Assembly: GCA_965178125.1 (NCBI GenBank)
Contig: OZ237758.1
Span: forward strand, 310,001-374,000
Direction of reading: 5' to 3'
From: Bilabrum cf. latius
Lineage: Eukaryota
DNA: 64,000 bases
Below are positions 51,201-61,100 of this stretch, piece by piece. The position numbers and the translations under genes are program-made. Numbering within the stretch: position 1 is the first letter of the stretch; the number at the start of each line of letters is the position of its first letter. The notes beneath the pieces were generated by a model. That model had not been told where the DNA came from and ran no database searches. It worked only from the letters and a program-made list of their open reading frames with translations.

Positions 51201-54200
51201 AAGGAGGCCAATGAGCTGGCCATGGTGTGGAGCATGCATGGGACGAGCGGAGACACGCAGTCGATGCTGGGGGAGGTGCTGACCATGGACGGGGCGGTGG
51301 AGGGCAGGACGTTCCCGGTGAAGCTCGCCGGTGCTGTGGACTCCAAGGGGGATGCGGCGATGATGAAGGTGCGATCGGCTCTGGATCGGATGGGGAAGGA
51401 GCCACTGCCGGAGTTCCACCCGAAGCGCATGGCGGACCTGCAGCAGGCAAGCACACTGGCGAAGTCACCGAAGGACGAGCTGGCTGAGGCATCCAAGCAG
51501 GCGGACCACCTGATCAGACTCATGAAGAGCTAGCGGGCTGAGGCATTCGAGCAGGCGAACCTGATCCTGAAGCTGCGCTTTGAGGAACTCGATGCTCGAG
51601 CCGCCCTGTGGGCCGCCCAGCTGGCCGAGTCGAGTGGCGTGGACCCGTCGGCGCTGCTGCGCCTGGCGAGTGACAGCGGGGACATGGCAGGGCTGACGAA
51701 CAAGATCGCAGCAATCGAGAAACAAATCAGTGGGGATAGTTATGGTCTGCTGGTGAAAAAGCTACGTGTTATTGAACGTATGACATTTAAGGACGTGACG
51801 GAAGCAGAAGTGTAGCAAGCCGTGGACATTTTGTTCGAGAAGGCCGAGAGGGGCTCACCCGATGCCCAATACCTTCATGCCATGGCGCAGGAAGCCCGAT
51901 TGCACAATATAGGCAGCACTGATGCTTCCCTTGTGCTGGACGATCCGATGAAGGATGGCATTGATCTGTCCTCTGGCATCGATGGAGCCAGCGGCAAGCC
52001 AGGAGATGCTAAGATTCAAGAGGACTATTTCGGCAGTGGCGGGCACGATGCCGAGGTCGAGCCGAATGTCGGCCCCGACGCTGGCAAGAACCCGACGGAT
52101 CACGGCGGAGACACCACCGCTGGTCAACCTTAGGACACCCCGATGGATCCAGACCGTGATGGCCAGCCGATCGTTACGGAGCCCCGACCCGATGAGTCTC
52201 TGCTTGATGGCGTTGATCCGCTCTCTGGCAGCGATGGAGCCAGCGGCAAGCCAGGAGATGCTAAGATTCAAGAGGACTATTTCGGCAGTGGCGGGCACGA
52301 TGCCGAGGTCGAGCCGAATGTCGGCCCCGACGCTGGCAAGAACCCGGCAGATCACGGCGGAGAAACCATCGGAGGTGACACTTCTTAGGACACTCCGTTG
52401 TATCCACCCCTTGATCCCCCGCCGATCTATGAGCCCCTACCTGAACCTCAGCTTGATGGCGTTGATCCGCTCTCTGGCAGCGATGGAGCCAGCGGCAAGC
52501 CAGGAGATGCTAAGATTCAAGAGGACTATTTCGGCAGTGGCGGGCACGATGCCGAGGTCGAGCCGAATGTCGGCCCCGACGCTGGCAAGAACCCGACGGA
52601 TCACGGCGGAGACACCACCGCTGGTCAACCTTAGGAAACCCCGATGGATCCAGACCGTGATGGCCAGCCGATCGTTACGGAGCCCCGACCCGATGAGTCT
52701 CTGCTTGATGGCGTTGATCCGCTCTCTGGCAGCGATGGAGCCAGCGGCAAGCCAGGAGATGCTAAGATTCAAGAGGACTATTTCGGCAGTGGCGGGCACG
52801 ATGCCGAGGTCGAGCCGAATGTCGGCCCCGACGCTGGCAAGAACCCGACGGATCACGGCGGAGACACCACCGCTGGTCAACCTTAGGAAACCCCGATGGA
52901 TCCAGACCGTGATGGCCAGCCGATCGTTACGGAGCCCCGACCCGATGAGTCTCTGCTTGATGGCGTTGATCCGCTCTCTGGCAGCGATGGAGCCAGCGGC
53001 AAGCCAGGAGATGCTAAGATTCAAGAGGACTATTTCGGCAGTGGCGGGCACGATGCCGAGGTCGAGCCGAATGTCGGCCCCGACGCTGGCAAGAACCCGG
53101 CGAATCACGGCGGAGACAAGATCGACTACGAGTACTACAATCCCGAAGACCCGGCGAATCACGGCGGAGACAAGATCGACTACGAGTACTACAATCCCGA
53201 AGACCCGGCGAATCGCGGCGGCGACAAGATCGAGCACGTCCAGCCTGAGAATGCGCCAAGTGGGCCTGCACAATTGCAGGCCGAAAGAGCGGCCGAAGCT
53301 TGGTTCCCAGCACGCCAGCACATGCAAGACCTGCCAATGTCGATCGAAGTTGACGGTAGAGCTGTTGACATCAGCGCGCTCAGCAGAAAGATCAACAAGC
53401 GCCTCGAGAGCACACGGTCAGGACTTATTTCGATCAAGAAGGACCTGTTGGATGGAGCGCTCCCGAAGGAGGCCCTGGCCAGCATCACGGCAAATGGGTA
53501 CTCTAGCGTGCTAGACAAGTCTGCCGAGATGATGCTTAAATTCCGGAAGAATGAAGCGATATGGGATGTTGCTGTTGGCCTGCTCAAGCGAGGCGAGTCG
53601 AGAGAAAGTGTGGAGGCTGCAGTCCAGGCCACCTTCGGCGTTTCAGTAAAGGAGGCAAACATTGCCAGGAAGGAGCTACGGTTGGCAATGGCAGTGACCG
53701 CCTTCGCTCCAACCGGTTCTCCCACAGCCGCTTCCAGGGGCATTCTCGATCAAGTTGGATTTCAAAGCTCCGCAGGTTTTCAAGCGAGCTTTTCCAAGTA
53801 CTTCAAGAATCCGGGTAAGGCTGAAGCAGCTAGTTTGCGTTTGCGGCAGCTTGTCGCCGAAGCGCGCCCAGGGACCGTGCAAACGTTTGATCGCGCGACG
53901 CTTTCCAAATTTGTGGCGACAACTGAAGGCTAGGCCGAGTTCCAGTACTCACTAGCTCTGGAAATGGCCAAGTACAGGGCTCTGGAACCCGATCCGAGCT
54001 ACGTGAAGGGGTTGCTCAAACTGGCTGAGGAGACGAATGCCAACCCGACAGCCCTTCTGGAGAACACCGTGTCTCTTCCCAAGGGCGCTGTGAGTTTTGG
54101 AGAAGGTGTGATCAACCCAGAGTACCGCAAGCTTCAAGATATCTACGGGCCCAGCAGCTAGCTAATCAAGGACGACGCCAAGAAGCTCCTGAAGCCGAAG

Positions 54201-55421
54201 GAGTAGCAGCTTGTCGACGCCCTGCAGTCATCCCCACCCATCATGAAGCAGCAAGCCAGCCTAGACCAGATGTCGCGCTTGCAGCAAGCGTTCGAGCGGG
54301 GTGTTGCGGGGCGTGAGGAGAAAGCATACCGCAAGACCATGCTTGATTTGGAGAGAGAGCTGAAGAGAATTGGCGCAGATGGAAAGAAGAACTCATAGAA
54401 GGTCCCCAAGAAGAACGCGGCGCAGAATTCAATGTCCTTCATCCAGTTAGCGGCTGCCATCGACACAAATGCGTCCCCGGTCACACTGCAAGACAAGGCC
54501 GACTTGTCTCGGTGCCGGAACACGCAGCTGCAAGACTGCGACATAGGGACAACTGGAGACCGGGAGATCCGCTTGACGCCGGGTCAAGGCCTTAGCTCAC
54601 CGTTTGCACTTACTCGGCACGGCATCTTTAGCGGCGGTCTGCATTTCCTCAACCTACGCATGCAGTCAGACGGCAACCTTGTTCTGCAGGATGGCGACCG
54701 CATTTTGTGGGACATCTGCGATGGAGGTCGCCAGTGCAGCACCGATGGAGTCGACGAGCAGCACACGCTGCTGCTCGACGGCAAGGGCGACCTCATGGTG
54801 CTCGGCTCCGACCCAACGGACGTAAAGTGGATCGTCGGTGCGTCGAACAAGGGTCCGGTTAGGGACCTAGTTATCCAAGAAGACGGGAACCTGGTCATCT
54901 ACAGGTAGACCGGAGAGGCCATCTGGACGTCTGTAACGGCCGGATTCCTTCGCTCGCCCAACATGCGAGTCGGCGAGTGGGATCGATCGCTCAACTACCT
55001 CTAGTACAGCCAGGGCGACGTGATTTGCAGCGCCATTGCCGTCTCGTTTTGCGAGCCCGCGTTGACACGAGATGATGAGATCCGCTCGTGCATGTTCCGT
55101 GGTGAGCGTCTGGACCAGGATCAGTTCCTTCGGGCGCCCGGGGGTGACGCATTCTTGACCATGCAGGGCGACGGAAACCTGGTGCTGTACCACCACGGCA
55201 AGTCCGTTTGGGAATCTGGGACTGATGGAGATGGAGAGGGGCCCTTCGCCGCAATCTTAGATATTAAAGGATCGTTTTAGGTGGTTGACCGCAACAAGAA
55301 TGTCCAGTGGAGATCAGATCGCGACATGAAGTATGCAGTGGTCAACGTCTAGGTTGGGCCTGAGCGGGCAGAGTTCCTTGGCTACGATGGGGTATCAGGC
55401 CCTAAAGTAGTGAATGACTGA
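42285..55421 (+). CDS. Giant (4378 aa) putatively secreted bulb-type (B/GNA) lectin repeat protein
   Basis: One frame over 13,137 bp with ~32 TAGs and no TAA/TGA until 55419. Hydrophobic N-terminus MQIVVGMTVGLLACCANYAAS. Lectin motifs QTDGNLVL, QDDGNLVL, *EDGNAVL, QSDGNLVL, QEDGNLVIY, QGDGNLVLY. Confidence 0.85.
46020..51720 (+). repeat. Four dispersed ~700-bp intragenic repeats (starts ~46020, ~47067, ~49788, ~50960)
   Basis: Each begins ASKQAIKDIDSFAF...KKVLETNADLVRYDALVKYGEE. Copies 1, 2 and 4 are near-identical in DNA; copy 3 only over its first ~320 bp. Confidence 0.92.
51960..53235 (+). repeat. ~4.5 tandem copies of a 252-bp unit (84 aa, D/G/P/E-rich), followed by ~2.5 copies of a 54-bp unit
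   Basis: Unit DGASGKPGDAKIQEDYFGSGGHDAEVEPNVGPDAGKNP... with period 252 (52644 to 52896), then PANHGGDKIDYEYYNPED repeats. Confidence 0.92.
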
Positions 55422-56487
55422 GGAAATCAGTGGCGGGTGTGTAGGGGTAGCTGGGAGGGCCTTGTGTGGTGGGAATGGGTGAGCGCCGCGAGACGCAGGT
55501 TCCTTGGACTTGCGGTCTACCTCGGTGCTTCCATGTTGTTCTTGAGTGTAGGCGAAGCCGATAGCGGGGGATACTGGGGGTGGTGCGATTATGGGATCAC
55601 TCACCGTGGTGAGGCGTTTGTCACGCTCAGCAGTGTCTCTGAGCGAAGTGTTTGTGGTGAGCAGGTGCGGAGGGGGTTCTCTGGAGGCAGCACCGAGGTG
55701 ATGTCTCCGTTGTGGTGCAAGTAGAGGACACCCTCCTGCTCTCTCCAGCCCGTTGTGGAGCTCAGAGCTATTCATAGATTTTGTTAGGGTTCTAGAACCA
55801 CCAGGCATCCGTTTGGTGGTTCTTGGATGTTCACTGGGCTCCCCTACTAGGGAGTCCTTGCTGATGTGTCTTTTTGTGTGCAAGCTTACTTGATCCTAAC
55901 GCCGTGAGGGGTTCGGTGTTGATGCGAGAGTGGGAGCGTGAACGTCTCGTTGGGTTCCGCTGGCGGTCGCAACCGGGAAGGTGCGACCAAGCCAACGGAT
56001 TGCCTGCAGTGATGCGCATACCCTCTCTGTGTTCAGGAAAGAGGCGGAGATTGGGTAATTTGTGCCCACCCTCCCGACCGCCTCCTCCTCGGCGGAGTAG
56101 TGCACGTGCTCTTCCCAGCCCCGGTTGGTCCGGTCAAGGGTCGCGCACAGGCACAGCTTTGTCAGGTATTGCCATGTCTGATTGTTTACGAGACTAGGTT
56201 GCGCGTACACTCTGGCACCAATAGATTTACTTAGATCCAATCATTCTTGACTCAATGGAGTTTTTCATCCGATCCTGTCCAGAGCAGCCGACCGGCCGAC
56301 TTCAACACCGTAAACCTCAATCCCCCTTTTCGCAGGGGCGGTGACCGCCCCTGTGAGCGGTGGTGCATCTGGGAAGGGAAGCCTAGATCTCGTTCCGTTA
56401 GCTCTTGTGCGGCGCCACGTATCTAGACTACAGTCTATATGATTTTTGTGATGATTGCTCGAAACATAAGATTCGTTCGTTCGTTCG

Positions 56488-57954
56488 TTACCGGTTCCCT
56501 CCTGCGATCTTGCTGCTCTCGGGCAACTGCCTCAGCCACAACATGGCGCCCGCACCCATCAGCGGAGGGATGCCCAGCATCAGCCACGCGACGCCCCACC
56601 CGGCTTCCGGTTCGACCACAGGTACCAACTGGATCGTAACGATCGTCACTAGGAAGCCGAGGCCTGTGCTGGCGGTCAGCAGCGTCCCCTGATACCGAGG
56701 GTCGCAAAGCTCGCTCACACAGGCGCTGTACTGCGCGCTGTCTGGGATAATTGCGGCACCGTACAGCAGGGTACCAAGCAAGATCCCCACCCGCCCGCCC
56801 TCCGTGGAGCCTTCGATCCAGCCCAGCCACAGGGCCGTCGAGCCGCTGATCACGAGCGACACCGATGTGACGAGCGTGCGACCAACTTTGTCAGCAAATG
56901 CCCCAGCGACTGGACACAGCACCGCCCCGACAAAGTACGCGAAAAATGCCACCAAGGAAGACACCTTAATCTTTGATTCCCCACCACCAGGCGACCCTTC
57001 CGCGTCGTCGTCGTCCACCATCGGCTCCACGCCGTCCCACGCCTCAAGCCTGTCTTCCAAAAATGGGCCGACCCAGGCCCAGAACGCGTACAGCTCCCAC
57101 TGGTGGCACAGGTAGCCTACCACAGCGAGTGCTAGCGGCAGGTCTTGCACCATGGCCAGGAGTGCGCTGGGCTCGAAGGCGGCAGGCGGCTTGGAGTGGG
57201 GCCCATCCGTGACGAGCAGCGTCATCATCAGCGCACCTGCCACCGAGAAACCGCTGCTCATCCACACAACCGCCCTCCAATTCTCAGCAAATAGTGATCT
57301 GAGCAGAAAAGGCGAACCCGAGCCGAGCGTGAGCGCGCCCACCACGAACCCAAGAGCGTATCCCCGTCCGTTCACGAACCAGCCTGACAACACTTTCATC
57401 GCTGGGGGGTACACGCCGGCGAAACAAATGCCCGCGCTGAAACGCAGCAGGAATAGCAGCCAAAAGGGCTAGGCTGGGATTACGCAGGCATTCAAGATCG
57501 CTGCAAGGATGGCACACGTCGAGAACAGCCACCGAGGATTCAACAAATCGGAAAGGTTGGAAATGCTCATCCCAGCGGTTCCCACGACGAATCCTGCCTG
57601 AACACCCGCAGTCAAGGCTGCTATCTATGACGCTGAAATGCCTTTCTAGCTTTCAAGGGCCGTAGCTATTGAATTAGTGGAGAACCAGGTCGTCAATGTG
57701 AATAGGGTGCTGGCTACTACAAATATCAGTGCCTAACTCTACCGAGTGCTGCCATCTTCTGTATCGTCTGTATCATCAAAATTGGTGCAACCAATACTGC
57801 GCTTCGTTGCCGGGCTTGGGTCGGTTGAAGACCCATGCCGGAGATTCGCGAGCTCCACGTCTCCTCGGGTGCTCGACTGCAACTAAGCGACATGTGCTGC
57901 TGCAGCGCTATGCTTGGCATCCTCGTGCTCACCCCAGGTCACTACATCTGACAT
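56488..57954 (-). CDS. Major facilitator superfamily transporter, prokaryote-like (488 aa)
   Basis: TTWFSTNS, ISAS*IAALTAGVQAGFVVGT, GVYPPAMK, HQWELYAFWAW, ADKVGRT, DSAQYSA. Six TAGs in the N-terminal third; ends KIAGGNR-TAA. Confidence 0.85.
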
Positions 57955-58054
57955 ACAATCCTATCCTCTATCGGTTGACGATTTCCACTCGGGTTGAGAG
58001 TGAATGCCCTCAGGCAGATCTCGGGCCGCCTGCTAGGGCTCCGGATTGTGGGAC

Positions 58055-58076
58055 CCTAGACTAGATCTAGTCTAGG
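58055..58076. repeat. Perfect 22-bp palindrome
   Basis: cctagactagatctagtctagg equals its own reverse complement. Confidence 0.9.
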
Positions 58077-58170
58077 CCAACGTCGCCATCAACAAAAAAA
58101 AGCATGTTTCCAGCTCAACAACCCCCCTACGCCTTTCGGCGCAGGAGTACACAAGTCACAGGCAAACCGC

Positions 58171-61100
58171 TCACCCGCGGGGACGGCGAGCGTTGCCGCT
58201 CCCCCGGGGCCTGCCGCTGCCTGACATGTCCTCCAGCTGATCCAACTGGATAGAGCTCTGCTAAAGCGTGAACCCAGAGCCACAGCCAGAGCGGGCAGCT
58301 GAACCGGGTGCGCCACTGCTCGATCCCGCCGTTCCACTGCCGGACGCCTGACCCAGTGCCGGCCCAGTGGCCCAGGCAAACACGGCACCGCTCCGCTCTG
58401 CGCCATTGGACGAGGATGACGCCGCTCCCGAGCCACTGCCAGCGCCCCCAGATCCCATGGCGTCCCATCCCATCTCCCACCCCTGGCCGCCACCCGCTGA
58501 CCCAACAACCCTGCCATCCTCCATATCCTTCTCGTCCCGTCCGTCCTCTCCATCAGATGACCCGGCCCGGTCACCGTCCGGCTGCGAGAGGTGCGCGCTA
58601 CCGGAGCCTGCCGGCGAAGTCGCCATTTCGATCGTGCGTCGCCTCAGCTGCGGCTTCTCGCTCGTGTCTTCCTACAGGTCGCGGCCTCTGGGCGCCGGCC
58701 TAGCCCTTCGCCTGCCCAGGAGGCTCTTACGACCACCAGCAGAGGAGGAAATTCCGCCTAGGCCTGGCATACCAGGCATACCAGCCATGCCAGCTATGCC
58801 AGACGAGAGGTCCAAGGGTTCCGAGGGCAGCATCCTCGCCGCAGATCCGGCGCTGCCTTTGGAGCCCTTGGATCCCCCGCTGCCCCGCCGCGGTCTGCCG
58901 CCGGCCAGCGTGTCGGCCCCAGACCCGCCAGCATCGCCGAGCGCCATGAGCTCCACATCCCCCGAGCTGGAGCTGTCGTCGGACGCAACCGGTGGCTTTC
59001 CATTGTTGGCAGCGACCGTTAGCCTCCTCATCATCTTGATGACCATCTCCTGGGCCTCGTCCCCCTTGGATGCCTCCGTGTTCAGGGAACACATAGCTCC
59101 GGAGGTAGGCCCCCGCAGCCCCGCACTGGCTAGCCCGGCAAGCGCCTACGGAGCACCACTGCCCGCCAGCCCACCGCCCACTTCGGCGTCGCTCGCGCCA
59201 CCGCTGGACATCGCTCCCGTCATGTCGAACAACTGCATGGCGCTGAGACCCGCCAGCCCCTGCTGGGCCCTCGCTGAGGACGAGGCACCTCCACCTGGCC
59301 AGCTGCGCTTCTCGTTCAGAGGGTCTCGCCCGGCTCCCATGGCGCCCGGTCCGCCCAGCAGCTGGTTCTCCTGCAGCAGCGTGGCAGCCGCTCTGATCAT
59401 AGAGGCGATGGAGGCGTCGGTCCCAAGAGCAAGGTCTGCCGGGCTGTCCCTTCCAGCGTGGGTGCTCCATCTAGTGAGCGTCTTACCTGCTGGGGGGGCG
59501 TGCGAACTCTCTGGGCTCTTGCTGCCAGCACCGGGGCCGCCCCTGCGTCCCCTCCTCATCCTCTCATCCTGCTGCTGCAGGATAGACCGAAAGTCAGCCC
59601 CTCCCGCCATCAGAGCAATCATGCACATCTGATCGTTCTTTTTGGCGGCCAGGAACAGCGGCGTCTCCCCGTCCACGGAGGCAACGTTCGCATCCGATCC
59701 TGCGTTCAGCAGGAGCTGGAGTGCCAGGCTGGCACCCGCGCGGGCTGCCCTGTGCAGCGCCGTCTCCCCCCTCACACCCTCCTTTGCGTCTGGGTCTGCG
59801 CCCGGGCCAGGTTTGCCGACCTTGACCTTGGTGCGAGGAGTGGGAGTGGGGGGGATGCCCTGCTTGATGGGCGCGTCCGTCCCGGGGTGCCTCTTGAGCA
59901 TCTGCACGTACTGCTCGGACTCGCCATCGCTGCTGACCGTGACGTGGCGCACCCAGTCACTCTCAGGCAGCGCGTTGCCCAGGAGCAAGCGGAGGGTTTC
60001 CAGGTGCGGGGTCGTCTCGAACTTGGCTGCCTCCATCAGAGGCGTCAGACCGAACGCGTTGCCTTTGGAAGGCGAGGCACCCGCCACCAGCAGGCGGTAC
60101 ACGAGGTCGGGCCTCCCCTGCCTCGCGGATCGCATCAGCGGGGTGCTGCCGGCGGCGGGTGCGGCGTCAGGGTCTGCGTTTGCCTTGAGAAGCATGTCGG
60201 CAGTGCGAAAGCTGCCCCTCTCCACCGCCAGCGATAGTGGGGTGTCGAACTTGGAGCGTGAGGGGGACAGAGTAGGGTCCTCGCCCGCCGATGACTTTCG
60301 CTCTGGCGAAAAGGAAGATGATGACGCGGCTGTGGCTGAGGTGCTGCCCCCTGTTGAGCCCTCGCTGCCCCGCCGCCGCCCCGGTCGCTTTCTAGGCCCA
60401 GGCGAGGCTCCAATCTTCAGCAGCGCCAGCACGGTCTCGGAGTGCCCGTGCTTCGCGGCCAGTGCCAGGGGTGTGTACCCTTGCGTGCTGCGGCGCTCGA
60501 GCCACTGCTGCTTGGGAGGGAGCTGCGCCGTCGGATTGCCATCGGCACCGTGCGGTCTCTGTGCAGCAGCAGCAGAACTAGCGCCCCCGCCCGCCTGCTT
60601 CGCGCTGCCCGGACCGGCGGCTCGCGGCTTTGGGCCTGGGCTCGGCACGGCATGCATGTACTGCACGAGTTTGAGGACCCGCTGCACCATTTCGAGGCTG
60701 CCTGACTTGGCGGCATGGTGCAGAATCGTCTCTCCCTTGTCCGAGGTGCGCGTGATCTCCATCACCGTGGCCTCGCGCACGACCTCCGGCCCTCCTCCAC
60801 CTCGCAGGGCCCCCTTCCCACTGGCCCTCCGCTTCAGCGCATCTATGCAGGCCGCCACAGCATCAGCGTTGCCAGAAGCAGCGGCCAGCATCATCAACGT
60901 GGTGCCCCGTTTGACTGAGTGCCAGGACATGGGGTCGCCCACGTCGATGCTGACGTACCCAGTGCGCCTGGACAGCGGCCTGCCCTGTCCTCTGAACCGA
61001 GTCGCTGGTTTCCCAGCCGCCGTCCACTCCATCCCTGCAGGCGCTTGCTCGTGCGCAGCAACCGGTGGAGCCGACATGCAGTTTCGTTCGGCCTCGCACG

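Noticed and set aside
46020-51720. Dispersed repeats as transposon copies or LTRs
   Set aside because: They lie in frame within one ORF, with no terminal repeats, target-site duplications or transposase/RT motifs.
51955-53514. 519-aa alternate-frame ORF, and a CRISPR-like reading of the tandem array
   Set aside because: The units are 252-bp in-frame coding repeats without unique spacers, and the lectin frame is continuous through them.
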